Source: a virus
DNA: 64,000 bases
Reading direction: 5' to 3' (one strand)
IMG/VR virus record: IMGVR_UViG_3300035661_000010
Below are positions 1 through 9,818 of this stretch, one piece after another. Positions within the stretch are counted from its first letter, which is position 1, and each line of letters starts with the position of its first letter. The position numbers and the translations under genes are program-made. The notes beneath the pieces are model-generated. The model saw only the letters and a list, made by a program, of their open reading frames with translations, searched no databases and was not told the origin of the DNA.

Positions 1-94
1 GCGAGAGCCGCCTGCGCCCTCGCACGACCCCTCGGCGTCGCTGAAACGCGAGGCGTTCGAAGACCCGGCACTTGATCGGATCGAACGCAGCGCA

Positions 95-124
95 GCTCGG
101 AGGGCCCGAAACTCCCCTCCGAGC
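95..124 (+). other. GC-rich stem-loop upstream of the prohead protease gene (RNA processing/stability or attenuator)
   Basis: GCTCGGAGGG (95-104) pairs with CCCTCCGAGC (115-124); there is no U-tract, so function is uncertain. Confidence 0.4.
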
Positions 125-171
125 CCGATGGGGCGACTCAAGAAAAAGCGGCCTGTTCCACCTACTCCGAA

Positions 172-1821
172 ATGACCATGACCAAGAACATCACCGAGAA
201 TCGTCGTGATCGTCAGGGAGCACTCCTGATGGATGCGTTCGAGTTCCGTCAGATCGGCCCTCTCACCGAGAGCACCGATTCGGCAGGGCAGCGGAAGGTT
301 ACTGGCAAGGGCACCTTCGGAATGGTGGACGTTCCCACCGCCAACGGACGCCTCTATCGGCGGACGTTGATGGATCGGGAGATCAACCGGCTTCGAGAAC
401 AGATCTCGGCTCGCAAGGTATACGGCGAGCTCGATCATCCCGCAGACGGAAAGACCCTCATGCAGAGGGTCAGCCACCTGATCACGTCTCTGGAGATTCG
501 TCCGGACGGCGTCATCTACGGCGAGATGGAAGTCATCCCGGGTACGCAGCAGGGCCAGAACCTGCTTGCCATCCTGGAGGCGAAGGGTGCAGTGGGCGTG
601 TCGTCGCGAGGCTTTGGCACAACGACCAAGGATGCGAACGGCAACGACGTCGTCAACGACGACTACACGCTCATGACGTTCGATGCGGTCGGTGATCCGG
701 CAGCGGCGAGCGCCTATCCAGAGTTCAAAGGTGTTGGTGGCGCGTCGTCATACGGCGAGAGCAAGGAGTTCGATCAGATGGACATGCAGGAGCTGAAGCA
801 GAAGCACCCCGCTCTCTACGAGAGCATCAAGAAGGAGGCGATCTCCGCTTCTGCCACCGCGATCGCGGAGGCTCGCAAGGACGAGCGCGCGAAGGTGGAG
901 AAGGAGGCTCAGGAGGAGATCAAGAAGATCGCCCCCTCGATGGTGTCCGAGGCTCGCAAGAAGATCGAAGCCCAGTTCAAGAGCGACCCGAAGCTCGCTG
1001 GTGCACTCGGTCTGGTCGAGGCGCTGAAGCCCATCATGGCCCCCTTCGTCGTCGGCGGGGACGCCGCGAAGGCGCTTGCGGAGAAGGACGAAGAGATCGT
1101 CGAACTCCAGGCTCGCCTTCAGGAGTCGAACGAGAAGATCGTCAACCTGACCGAGGAGCGCGACATGGCGGTGAAGATCGGCAAGCGCTCCGTTCTGCAC
1201 CTCCACATGGAGAAGCGCCTCGGTGACTCGGGACAGGGTGCACATCCCTGCGCGGTTCAGCTCCGGTCGATGATCGGTCGGATCGACGAGTCGACCACGC
1301 TCGAAGGTCTTGATCGCAAGATGGAGACGGTCGCCGGTTCGCTTCTCGAAGAGCGGGTTGCGCAGCGTGCGCAGAACCAGGAGATCGTCCGTCTTCGCGA
1401 GAAGCTCGAAGAGAAGAACCGCACGGTCGTCGAATCCCAGGAGCTCGCTCTTCAGATGGCGCTCTCCGGCTACATCGCCAAGAAGTGTGCGCGGCATCCG
1501 GCTTCGTCAATGCTCGAAGAGGCGATCGCGGGTCGTAATCCGCGCTCGAAGGTCGATATCGACACGCTCTTCGACGAGCTGAAGGAGTCGTTCCGCGGAA
1601 GCGAGACGCTTCGGAACGTCCAGGCTGGCGTGAGCCGAGAGGTTCCTCAGCGGCGCTCGATGGGACCGTCTGGCGTCAACAACGGAGGCAACCGTCTCCT
1701 GAGCGAGGGTCGTCGCGGCCCGGCGCCCAAGGGCAAGAACACGCAACCGAAGCAGCAGATCTTCGGCGTGCAGCTCGAAGAGATCCAGAAGCTGGCCGGC
1801 GTCACCGGCCTCAACGGGTAA
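172..1821 (+). CDS. Prohead core protease (T4 gp21-like) fused to a coiled-coil scaffold (gp22-like) region
   Basis: N-terminal motifs ANGRLY, YGELDHP, VSHLI, GVSSRGFG, TFDAVGDP match the T4 gp21 family; the C-terminal ~350 aa are E/K/A-rich helical; directly upstream of the MCP. Confidence 0.9.
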   Translation: MTMTKNITENRRDRQGALLMDAFEFRQIGPLTESTDSAGQRKVTGKGTFGMVDVPTANGRLYRRTLMDREINRLREQISARKVYGELDHPADGKTLMQRVSHLITSLEIRPDGVIYGEMEVIPGTQQGQNLLAILEAKGAVGVSSRGFGTTTKDANGNDVVNDDYTLMTFDAVGDPAAASAYPEFKGVGGASSYGESKEFDQMDMQELKQKHPALYESIKKEAISASATAIAEARKDERAKVEKEAQEEIKKIAPSMVSEARKKIEAQFKSDPKLAGALGLVEALKPIMAPFVVGGDAAKALAEKDEEIVELQARLQESNEKIVNLTEERDMAVKIGKRSVLHLHMEKRLGDSGQGAHPCAVQLRSMIGRIDESTTLEGLDRKMETVAGSLLEERVAQRAQNQEIVRLREKLEEKNRTVVESQELALQMALSGYIAKKCARHPASSMLEEAIAGRNPRSKVDIDTLFDELKESFRGSETLRNVQAGVSREVPQRRSMGPSGVNNGGNRLLSEGRRGPAPKGKNTQPKQQIFGVQLEEIQKLAGVTGLNG

Positions 1822-1884
1822 CGCGCGAAGGTCGAACGTTACCGCAACAGGCCGAAGAGAATAGTCAGCAGGAGGTAAGTCAAG

Positions 1885-3408
1885 ATGGAAGCACGTGAGA
1901 TCGCTCGGATGCGTTCGCTCGCACAGAACCAGGGAAACGGTCAGCCGCAGCTGCTCGATGAGCAGTATGCGAACCACCTCGTCGGGAAGTGGAACTGGCT
2001 CACGAAGGGCATGGGCCTCGACAAGTGGACCAAGCTCTGCGTCTCGCGCCTCTGCGAGAACCAAATGGAGGAGTTCAAGCGCGCTGCGTCGCGTCGCGGG
2101 ACCGTCCTCTCGGAGGACACCTCGGCCGCGAACATCCCGGACTACGTCCGCTTCATCTTCCCGGTCATCCGCCGCGTGTGGAACAACCTGATCGCTCCAG
2201 GGCTGGTCTCGGTCCAGCCGATGACGGCGCCTGTCGGAGGCGTCTTCGGCTGGGAGTACAAGTACGGCACGTCCAAGGGAACGGTGACCGCGGGTCAGAA
2301 CATGATCCAGAACTTCGACCGGAACTACTCCTCGGAGTATGTCGAGAACGAGCTGATCGGAACCGGCGACGGTGCGACCACCACGTTCAACGACACGATC
2401 TCGTTCCTCCCGGTCAAGGCGACGAGCCTCGCGCAGCAGGGCCTCGCGCTGACCTTCACGGTCGGTGGCGTCACGACCACCAAGCTCCTCGCTGACAAGG
2501 GCGACGGAACCCTCATCGCCGGCTCGGGCATCACGAGCGGCACGATCAGCTACACGGGTGGTGCAATCCACGTCGTGTTCACGACCGCGCCCGACAATGC
2601 GACGCCGATCTACGTGTCGTACTACTTCAGCATGGAGTCCAGCTCCACGAACGTTCCGCAGGTGAACGTCGACATCCAGCTCCAGGAGCTCAAGGCCCAG
2701 AGCCGCAAGCTTCGCTTCAACTGGAACAGCGAGTCGGCGGACGACATGCGGGCGATGCTTGGCATGGACATCGAGTCCGAGCTGGTCTCCGGCGTTGCGA
2801 GCGAGATGTCGCTCGAAATCGATCGCGAGATCATCCAGGAATGCCGCAACTCCGGCACGACGATCCTCCAGTCGTTCGACGCCACGGTGCCGCCTGCGAT
2901 CACCGCGGTCGAGCACTACCGCAACATCCTGACGCCGCTTACGCGCGTCTCGATGGACATCGCGTCGAAGACGAAGCGCGGGCCTGGCAACTGGCTCGTC
3001 ATCCCGACCGACGTCGCGGCGATCCTGAGCCAGCTCGAGACCCACGGCTTCTTCAAGTCGGTGTTCTCGCCTGGTGCGTCTCCGGCAGGCATGGGCGTCC
3101 TCGGACGTCCAGGCTTCCCGGTCCCCGCTGGCCCATCGGGCTACGGCGTGTACCAGCTCGGCGTGCTCCAGAACCGCTGGAACGTTTTCCTCGACCAGTA
3201 CTACCAGTCTGGCGAGATCCTCGTCGGTCTCAAGGGTTCGACGTTCGTCGACGCGGGCTTCGTCTACGCCCCGTATGTCCCCATGCAGGTCACGCCGACC
3301 TTCCTGGAGCCCGCGGACTTCACGCTCCGCAAGGGTATGCGTACCCGATACGCGAAGAAGCTGCTGAACGCGGACTTCTACGGTCGCGTGACGGTCGCCG
3401 GTCTCTGA
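1885..3408 (+). CDS. Major capsid protein, T4 gp23-like, with an inserted beta-rich domain
   Basis: FPVIRRV, VSVQPMTAPVGGVF, AQSRKLR, SLEIDREII, DAGFVYAPYVP, KGMRTRYA motifs; strong SD GGAGG; putative maturation site VLSE|D. Confidence 0.95.
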   Translation: MEAREIARMRSLAQNQGNGQPQLLDEQYANHLVGKWNWLTKGMGLDKWTKLCVSRLCENQMEEFKRAASRRGTVLSEDTSAANIPDYVRFIFPVIRRVWNNLIAPGLVSVQPMTAPVGGVFGWEYKYGTSKGTVTAGQNMIQNFDRNYSSEYVENELIGTGDGATTTFNDTISFLPVKATSLAQQGLALTFTVGGVTTTKLLADKGDGTLIAGSGITSGTISYTGGAIHVVFTTAPDNATPIYVSYYFSMESSSTNVPQVNVDIQLQELKAQSRKLRFNWNSESADDMRAMLGMDIESELVSGVASEMSLEIDREIIQECRNSGTTILQSFDATVPPAITAVEHYRNILTPLTRVSMDIASKTKRGPGNWLVIPTDVAAILSQLETHGFFKSVFSPGASPAGMGVLGRPGFPVPAGPSGYGVYQLGVLQNRWNVFLDQYYQSGEILVGLKGSTFVDAGFVYAPYVPMQVTPTFLEPADFTLRKGMRTRYAKKLLNADFYGRVTVAGL

Positions 3409-3491
3409 TCCGACTGAGGGTTGAGTAGGGGTCGAGCATGGTGCTCGATCCCGCTCTCTCTCTCACCAAGCTCCAAGGAGAACGGATCAAC

Positions 3492-4043
3492 ATGAAGGCC
3501 ACTGTCATCAACGCATCGCAAGCTCCGGTGTACCTGTCCATCACGGCACAGCAGGTCAATGCTGGCGCATCCAAGGTCCTCTCGGGCCTTCGCATGGATC
3601 AGGTCAAGCAGCTGCAAGCCCTGTCCAGCAAGGACATCCAGGTTCAGACTGAGCTGGAGATGATCGACAAAGAGCCGATCGCCAGCACCATGAACACGCC
3701 CGCCAACCCGGTCGGCGGCGTCAAGCTCCTGGCGGGCTCTGGTCTCGTCCTCAAGGATGATGGCGTTGCCATCGCCTATGCGGAGAAGATCGGGCTCGGC
3801 GTCTACGACGATGCAGCGTGCACGATTCCGAGCACGACCGCGACGTTCGACACGGCAACCCAGGGCACCATCGACAAGGGGACCGGCACCAACCGGATCG
3901 AAGGCACGACCGATACGTCGGGCCGCCTCACGCTCCGGCTCAACGTCGGCGTGGCGCGTACCGTGTACACGAAAGCGTTTCCTCTCGCCGCGACCTCTCG
4001 CGTCGTGGACTGCGCAGACAAGCACACGACCGTCTTCTCTTGA
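3492..4043 (+). CDS. Putative capsid decoration protein (paralog A)
   Basis: Immediately after the MCP; Thr/Ala/Gly-rich beta protein; start moved to ATG 3492 (SD AAGGAG; MKATVINAS aligns with paralog MKVTVTNSS). Confidence 0.6.
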   Translation: MKATVINASQAPVYLSITAQQVNAGASKVLSGLRMDQVKQLQALSSKDIQVQTELEMIDKEPIASTMNTPANPVGGVKLLAGSGLVLKDDGVAIAYAEKIGLGVYDDAACTIPSTTATFDTATQGTIDKGTGTNRIEGTTDTSGRLTLRLNVGVARTVYTKAFPLAATSRVVDCADKHTTVFS

Positions 4044-4065
4044 TCGGGAAGTGGTCCGAGTGAGT

Positions 4066-4099
4066 AGAGCGGTCTCGAAAGGGGCCGCTCTTTCTTTTT
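4066..4099 (+). terminator. Rho-independent terminator
   Basis: AGAGCGGTCTC-GAAA-GGGGCCGCTCT stem-loop followed by TTCTTTTT. Confidence 0.85.
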
Positions 4100-4135
4100 G
4101 AGCAGGATTGGGCAGACTGAGCGAAGGAGAACGTC

Positions 4136-4687
4136 ATGAAGGTCACCGTCACGAACAGCAGCCAGGTGGGCGCGGACATCTCGTCGATCAGCCTCTTCCT
4201 GAAGCCAGGAACGAAGAAGGTGGCGTACGGGTGCTCACTTGCTCAAGCAGCGGATGCCCAACGTCACGCGTCCGCTCTTGTTCGAGTCGAGGTGGAGCAG
4301 GACCCGTCAGACAGGCCCATCGCATTCACCACGATGGCTGCTACCGCCGATCCTGCTGCCTTGGCGACAACGTCGGCCGCCCAAGGCTTCACGCTCAAAG
4401 ACTCCGCATCCGCCACGATCTCCATCGCAGAGCCTGTCGGACTCGCAGTCTACGATGATGCGGCGTGCACGATCCTGAGCACGACGGCAACCCTGAACAC
4501 GGCCTCGGTCGGTACCATCACCTCTGGTGCCGGTACGAACAAGGTTGAGATGGTGACCGCCGCCGGCCAGGTTGCGCTGACCGTGACGAAGACGACCGTG
4601 GGAGCTGTCTATCTGAAAGCGTATTCGTTGGCTGGCGCAACTCGAATTCTCGATAGTAGCGGAACACACAAGATCACGTTCTCCTGA
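4136..4687 (+). CDS. Putative capsid decoration protein (paralog B)
   Basis: Shares G(L/V)(G/A)VYDDAACTIxSTTAT..GTI..GxGTN and KA(F/Y)xLAxxxR(V/I) blocks with 3492..4043. Confidence 0.6.
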   Translation: MKVTVTNSSQVGADISSISLFLKPGTKKVAYGCSLAQAADAQRHASALVRVEVEQDPSDRPIAFTTMAATADPAALATTSAAQGFTLKDSASATISIAEPVGLAVYDDAACTILSTTATLNTASVGTITSGAGTNKVEMVTAAGQVALTVTKTTVGAVYLKAYSLAGATRILDSSGTHKITFS

Positions 4688-4703
4688 TCTTGAGCCAGTT
4701 CGC

Positions 4704-4712
4704 TGGTAGGCT
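4704..4712 (+). promoter_or_regulatory. Extended -10-like element (TGGTAGGCT) 6 nt before ATG 4719; possible leaderless transcript
   Basis: TGnTAnnnT pattern in a short intergenic gap; no SD before the ATG. Confidence 0.4.
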
Positions 4713-4718
4713 CAGCGC

Positions 4719-5429
4719 ATGGCCCGTTACTACACGCTGAACCCCAAGAACCATTTGAACCACGCTCCGAACGGAGTCTCGTTCGCGAAGCAGAATCGCA
4801 AGCTGGGCGACGTCTTTCAGGCGCCGCCCGGAAAGGACTACGACGACTTCTGCGAACGCGGCAAGAACGGGTCGTTGCCCATTCTTGTTCGAGCTTCGGG
4901 TCCGAGCGTCGTGCCCACTGGCAAATGTCCTCGTTGCGGAGAGGGAACGAACGCCGAAGTGCCGTGCTCGGTCGAGTGCTTCGTGAAGGCCGGGTACGAG
5001 GCAGAGAACTTCGAGACCTTTGTCTCGCGTTCACGAGAAGAGATCGCAGCCAGAAACGCACGAGCGTCGGCGGATGCCCCAGACATGTCGAAGCAGTTCG
5101 AGTTCGAACCGCGCCAGCCAGCCGGACCTCCGGTAAACCCTCGGGCCCCAGCGTCGGTGACGGCGCCCGAGTCGCTCGTGAACAAGGAGCTCGCCTCTGT
5201 CTTGAAGCCCGCCTACAAGCCCAAGACGGACGAGGGGCAGGATGAACAAAAACAGGTCACGCAATCGCTTGCGGATGACTCCACCCCACCCTCCAACCCG
5301 GCGGACCAAACTGGTCACGGAGCCATCACGGAAGCCTACGGGGCCACCTCCACGAACCCCACCACCACTGCGACGGCGAGGACTCAAGAAGTTGCCAAGG
5401 GTGGCTCTTCGGGCAAGACTCGTAAGTGA
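4719..5429 (+). CDS. Hypothetical protein, Cys cluster plus disordered C-terminus
   Basis: ORF abuts its neighbours; CPRC/CSVEC motifs; Pro/Thr-rich tail. Confidence 0.6.
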   Translation: MARYYTLNPKNHLNHAPNGVSFAKQNRKLGDVFQAPPGKDYDDFCERGKNGSLPILVRASGPSVVPTGKCPRCGEGTNAEVPCSVECFVKAGYEAENFETFVSRSREEIAARNARASADAPDMSKQFEFEPRQPAGPPVNPRAPASVTAPESLVNKELASVLKPAYKPKTDEGQDEQKQVTQSLADDSTPPSNPADQTGHGAITEAYGATSTNPTTTATARTQEVAKGGSSGKTRK

Positions 5430-5432
5430 TCC

Positions 5433-6197
5433 ATGACGAACGATGACCTTGCCCAGTACGTCCTTCGCTACTTTGGCAAGGAGGTCGTTGATGTCGAACT
5501 GTCAGCTCGACAGCTCGTGGACATCCAGGGGGACGCGTTCCGATGGTTCAACGATCGGAAGGGCCTGCGCTGTAATGCGGGTCTGATCCTTACGGGCGCT
5601 CCGCAGTACGATCTAAGCTCGCTGAATCCAGCGGTGCAGGAGGTGCTGAGCGTGGCCTTTCCGCACGCAACGGACGTTGACCTTCGAGCCATCTATGGGG
5701 ACGACCTCGCGCTACCCGGTGTCCCCTGGGGCATGTTCCCGTACGGAGCACTACAGGGAGGCGTCTACTCGTCTCTTGTCCAGGCGGTTCAGTACCGAAA
5801 GACGGCCTCCAAGGTGATCTCCGCGGATCTCGATTGGGAGTTTCGACGGGTGATCGACCCGCTGACGCCGGGTGCGGCTCCGAAGCCGATGCTTGGGGTC
5901 ACACCTGGGTTCAACGGTCCGCAGGGTCAGGCGATCATTCGCTACAAGGCGAAGCTCACTTCGATGGACCAGTTAGCGAACGATGACCGCGGTGAAGATT
6001 TTGTCGTCCGAAGAGCGGTCATCGCTGCCAAGGCTCGCCTCGGTCAGATCCGAGGAAAATGGCAAACGTTGCCGACAGCGCGCGGCGAACGGTCGATGAA
6101 TGGCTCTGAGCTCCTGTCTTCAGCTGCCGAGGAGCTGAAGGATTTGAACGACGACATGGCATCAACGAACATGCCCATCCCGTTCTTCACGGCATAG
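5433..6197 (+). CDS. Neck / head-tail adaptor protein (T4 gp13-like)
   Basis: N-term LAQYVLRYFGKEVVDVELSARQL and C-term GKWQTLP...MNGSELLSSAAEEL resemble gp13. Confidence 0.75.
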   Translation: MTNDDLAQYVLRYFGKEVVDVELSARQLVDIQGDAFRWFNDRKGLRCNAGLILTGAPQYDLSSLNPAVQEVLSVAFPHATDVDLRAIYGDDLALPGVPWGMFPYGALQGGVYSSLVQAVQYRKTASKVISADLDWEFRRVIDPLTPGAAPKPMLGVTPGFNGPQGQAIIRYKAKLTSMDQLANDDRGEDFVVRRAVIAAKARLGQIRGKWQTLPTARGERSMNGSELLSSAAEELKDLNDDMASTNMPIPFFTA

Positions 6198-6199
6198 TC

Positions 6200-6520
6200 A
6201 TGAAGTCGAAATTCGAGCTACTGCGCGAATCGTCCATGATGCCGCGCCCCGCACACGTGTCTCCGGGAGACCCGGTATTCGTACCGTCGATGGGCAAGGG
6301 TCGTGTGACGGCCGTGACCGCGGGGAGCTGCTGGATTCACTTCGATAAGACGGTCGACGACTCTGGTCAGTCTTCGAGCACGTGGACGTCTACCGCCGCG
6401 CTGATCGCCGACCTCGAATGGAGAGATGGTCGTTGGTACATGGAGCCCAACAAACTCGGCTCCTCTGGCGACGGACCTGGAGCGGAACGATTCTGGGGCG
6501 CACTACCTCCAGGTCAGTAA
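6200..6520 (+). CDS. Hypothetical protein, possible SH3-like fold; candidate internal head protein
   Basis: PGDPVFVPSMGKGRVTAV pattern; N-term ...LLRE|S. Confidence 0.55.
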   Translation: MKSKFELLRESSMMPRPAHVSPGDPVFVPSMGKGRVTAVTAGSCWIHFDKTVDDSGQSSSTWTSTAALIADLEWRDGRWYMEPNKLGSSGDGPGAERFWGALPPGQ

Positions 6521-6607
6521 GACCGCTTCGCTACCCTGCATCCGAAACCTGGTATGGTTGGGCCATTGCAACCTGTCTGGTAAGGTCATCTCTAGGAGAC
6601 GTTCTCG

Positions 6608-7168
6608 ATGAAGAACCTTTCGGCGCTCAAGAATCTGGTCGAACGAGGTGAAGCGGTCCCGACCGATGAGGACGAGGTGCCGAAGAAGCCATCGTCACGC
6701 TACATCGGCGACGTTCTCGACACGCTCATCGCAAGCCGTCATCTTGGCGTCGACGAGGTCGATGATGCTGCCTCCGCGATTGCAAGCAACGCGGAAGACG
6801 GATACGAAGCCGTCGTCGATGCGCTGATCAAGAAGGGCCATGTCCCCGGAAGCAAGCTGATCGACGGTGGTCATCGACGTCTTCGCGAGAAGGTCCGCGG
6901 CGCGATGCGTGAGATGGTCGAGCGCGGTGCCCGCTCGATGCTGGAAGAGGCTCGTGGTCGTCGCAACATGACCGAGCGTCAGCGGACCATCGCCGAACGA
7001 ATCGAGGAAGCGTTCCGAGAGAGCGTTCACGACGTTCTCAAGGCGGAGGGGTACGCTCCGCTGGATGTGGATCAGATGACGGCCGAGGTTCGTTCGCGCA
7101 TCCGCGGGATCGCCAACCGGATTGCGGTCGAGAGTGGCAAGCGCAGCATGCGTCCGTTGAGGGACTGA
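6608..7168 (+). CDS. Hypothetical helical protein; candidate internal head protein
   Basis: SD AGGAG; N-term MKNLSALKNLVE|R; several internal LxE sites. Confidence 0.6.
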   Translation: MKNLSALKNLVERGEAVPTDEDEVPKKPSSRYIGDVLDTLIASRHLGVDEVDDAASAIASNAEDGYEAVVDALIKKGHVPGSKLIDGGHRRLREKVRGAMREMVERGARSMLEEARGRRNMTERQRTIAERIEEAFRESVHDVLKAEGYAPLDVDQMTAEVRSRIRGIANRIAVESGKRSMRPLRD

Positions 7169-7171
7169 TCC

Positions 7172-7672
7172 ATGAAGAGTTTGTTCGAGAGCGCGATGGG
7201 CCTCGTCGAAGAGATCGTCGGCGCCAAGTCGATGGACGAGAAGACGCAGCTCGCTGTGCTTCGTGTCGTCGTGTCTCTCCGTGTCGCGTACATGATCCAC
7301 CAGAACAACCACTGGGTCTCGATGGGTCCGAACTCCTATGGTGACCACCGGCTCTTCGAGCGCCTGTACAAGATGTCTCAGGAGGACGCCGACTCCATGG
7401 CAGAGCGACTCGTTGGTCTTGCAGGGACGGAAGCGATTTCGTTCTCGAAGCAGATCAAGATGATCGACAAGGCACTCGAAGGCGCATCGAACGTCGACCC
7501 GGCCTCATCGTCGCTGCAAATCGAGAAGCAATGCGTCGATGTCATCGACGATGCGCTCAAGGTCGCAGCGGAGGCGAAGGGCCTGACGACCGGGCTCGAC
7601 GACCTCTTGCGTGGACTGAGCAGCAACCGAGAGCAGGCGCTCTATCTGCTCAAGCAAAGGAGTCCCGGGTGA
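7172..7672 (+). CDS. Dps/ferritin-like protein
   Basis: HQNNHWVSMGPNSYGDHRLFERLY...DSMAERL matches the Dps HW-x-G-x-F/Y-x2-H-x-LFE-x-Y...D-x2-AER ferroxidase signature. Confidence 0.8.
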   Translation: MKSLFESAMGLVEEIVGAKSMDEKTQLAVLRVVVSLRVAYMIHQNNHWVSMGPNSYGDHRLFERLYKMSQEDADSMAERLVGLAGTEAISFSKQIKMIDKALEGASNVDPASSSLQIEKQCVDVIDDALKVAAEAKGLTTGLDDLLRGLSSNREQALYLLKQRSPG

Positions 7673-8010
7673 GCGCACTCGATGATCTCGCAGAGCTGGA
7701 GAAGCTGACGAAGTCGCCGAAGACCTCGCGTCGTCCATGCTCTGCTCGAACGATCGAATCTCGGAGAGCGGCCCGTGCCAAGACGTCGGTGTCTCTGGAG
7801 TCGCTCATCGAAGACCTTGATGACAGGGCTGCGCCGATGACGGTCCTGCGCATGGTGGAGGCTGCTGGCGTAAAGTTGTCGAAGCCGCTTACGGAAGCGA
7901 TTCGTCGAGGCGACACGGACATGGCCCGCGTGCTGAAGAGATTCACCGACAAGATTCGGGAGGCCGTGTCATCGGCCGCCGAAGAGACGATAGACGAGCT
8001 GACGAAATGA
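7669..8010 (+). CDS. Hypothetical protein; candidate internal head protein
   Basis: GTG 7669 overlaps the previous stop (GTGA), SD AAGGAG; N-term MSALDDLAE|L. Confidence 0.55.
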   Translation: MSALDDLAELEKLTKSPKTSRRPCSARTIESRRAARAKTSVSLESLIEDLDDRAAPMTVLRMVEAAGVKLSKPLTEAIRRGDTDMARVLKRFTDKIREAVSSAAEETIDELTK

Positions 8011-8510
8011 GCGCGTTCGAGAATCTGCGCGCGAACGACAAGAGCGAGTTCCAGTTCGAAACACTGGCCCTTCGCTATCGACGTCTCGCTCGAGACTATG
8101 CGTCGGTGTGCAGGTCGGCCTTGTCCGATGGAGCTATCTGGGACGGGGTCGGCAAAGGTGCGTCGCAGGCGTTCTGGTTGAAGATGCTGGAGCTGGAGCA
8201 CAAGCGCGAAGGTGTTCGTGTTGGCGTTCTTGGAGACATGCTCAACTCTATCGAGACAGCGAGCGAAGACGACGACCTGGTGGAGCTCGTCATCCGGTTC
8301 GCCGAAGACCAGCACCTTGGACCAGAGAATGCGCAGATCGCACTTCAGGCGGAGATGCTTCGGCAGCTTGCTGTCACCGGGATTTCGCTCCTGAAGAAGG
8401 AGGCGTACGGGGACGTCATGGGTCCGTACTCGGACCGCGGCCCAAGCGAGAGCGCGCTTCTGAAGGCGAAAGAAGTCCTGCGGAAAGCCGTGGAGCTCGA
8501 TCAGCGATGA
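8007..8510 (+). CDS. Hypothetical helical protein
   Basis: ATGA overlap with both neighbours. Confidence 0.55.
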   Translation: MSAFENLRANDKSEFQFETLALRYRRLARDYASVCRSALSDGAIWDGVGKGASQAFWLKMLELEHKREGVRVGVLGDMLNSIETASEDDDLVELVIRFAEDQHLGPENAQIALQAEMLRQLAVTGISLLKKEAYGDVMGPYSDRGPSESALLKAKEVLRKAVELDQR

Positions 8511-8854
8511 GAATGCCGAAGGGTTTCCATCCGCTTGATGAGTCGACAGCCGGAGCTGTCGATGATCTGTGGGCGCATCCGTACCCGTCCTATACGCCTG
8601 ATCCACGCAAGAAGCTGGGGCTCGGGAGCGTCGACTGGTTTCAGAATGTCGTCGGATTACCGGGTGGTGTGGGCTTCGCCGCCGAAGACGATGATCCGGT
8701 CGAGCGCTTACGAGCCGAGGCCGATGCATGGGGACTTGCGTACGGTCAAGAACCGGAGGACCAAGTTTCTGTTCAGAAACGAGAACGCGAAAACTCGAAG
8801 GTTGAGTTACTCCGAAGTAAGGTGAAGAACATCAAGTACAACCAACCGTACTGA
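8507..8854 (+). CDS. Hypothetical protein
   Basis: ATG 8507 overlaps the previous stop; N-term MRMPKGFHPLDE|S. Confidence 0.5.
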   Translation: MRMPKGFHPLDESTAGAVDDLWAHPYPSYTPDPRKKLGLGSVDWFQNVVGLPGGVGFAAEDDDPVERLRAEADAWGLAYGQEPEDQVSVQKRERENSKVELLRSKVKNIKYNQPY

Positions 8855-8876
8855 TCAACCAGGAGAGAGAGCGATC

Positions 8877-9818
8877 ATGAGCACGACAGTCAATTGGATT
8901 TCCGGTGACGACATCAAGATGTTTGGATCGACGCTCGGCCTGAGCAACCAGTCCGTCTCGGTGAGCACGGCACGCCTTCAGGCAGCCATCCTCGGTACGT
9001 CGAAGAAGGACGCAGAAGACCTCCAGAACCTGAAGGTTCACCTCAACAGGTCTCTGTTGACGGTGACCGTCAACGGTGTGTCGTGCGCCACGAAGGGTGC
9101 GTTCCTCGCCGCCATCGCGAATCTCGACCAGGCGGAGGCGACTGACCTCGCGTCCCAGGTCGCAGGCGAGGGCGCGAACAAGGTCGGCGTCGCGAACGTC
9201 GACAAGCTGTACGTGTCGATGGAGGTCGAGGATGCGATTGCCGAGGTCGCTCGTCAGAATCGCCTTCGCAACGTGCGCGCCGTGGTCCAGTCGAACGTGG
9301 CTTCCCTCGCCGCGTGCTCGACGACCCAGGACGGCATCACCCTCGTCGCGGGCGACACCGTTCTCCTCGTCGGGCAGACCACGGCCGCGGAGAACGGCCC
9401 TTACTTGGTCGGTACGCCGACCGCCGGCAACGCTGCGCTGACACGTCCGGGTTGGTGGAAGGCCGGGTACTCGGTTCCGGATGGCTTTGAGTTCATCGTG
9501 GCAACGGACGCGACCAGCGCCACCGCGATGGCGAAGTGGAAGGCCACCGGGCACGGCAAGGTCGTTGGCACCAACGATCCGCTGATCTATCCGGTCCAGA
9601 TCAAGGGCTCGGTTGCGCTGACCTCGGCGACACCGTCGACCGCGTCTGTCGCTTCGCTGTTCATCGCCGCTGGTGCGAAGGCGTACCTCACGGAGACCAC
9701 GAACCAGGCAAACAGCACCCTCAAGGCGGTTCTCTCGGTTGGTCAGGGCAACGGCTCCCTCGCCATCACCGGCGCCGCGACGAACACGGACACGATCGGC
9801 TACCTCATCGTCAACTGA
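8877..9818 (+). CDS. Virion structural protein (head/collar fibre-like)
   Basis: NVRAV...DGITLVAGDTVLLVGQTTAAENGPY is a motif common in phage fibre/decoration proteins; Ala/Thr/Gly-rich; strong codon bias. Confidence 0.65.
   Translation: MSTTVNWISGDDIKMFGSTLGLSNQSVSVSTARLQAAILGTSKKDAEDLQNLKVHLNRSLLTVTVNGVSCATKGAFLAAIANLDQAEATDLASQVAGEGANKVGVANVDKLYVSMEVEDAIAEVARQNRLRNVRAVVQSNVASLAACSTTQDGITLVAGDTVLLVGQTTAAENGPYLVGTPTAGNAALTRPGWWKAGYSVPDGFEFIVATDATSATAMAKWKATGHGKVVGTNDPLIYPVQIKGSVALTSATPSTASVASLFIAAGAKAYLTETTNQANSTLKAVLSVGQGNGSLAITGAATNTDTIGYLIVN

Noticed and set aside
1507-3045. Long minus-strand ORFs (also 8832-10337, 18971-20188, 29435-30556, 62080-63186 and others)
   Set aside because: They are antisense shadows of strongly GC3-biased plus-strand genes, with no recognisable motifs or RBS
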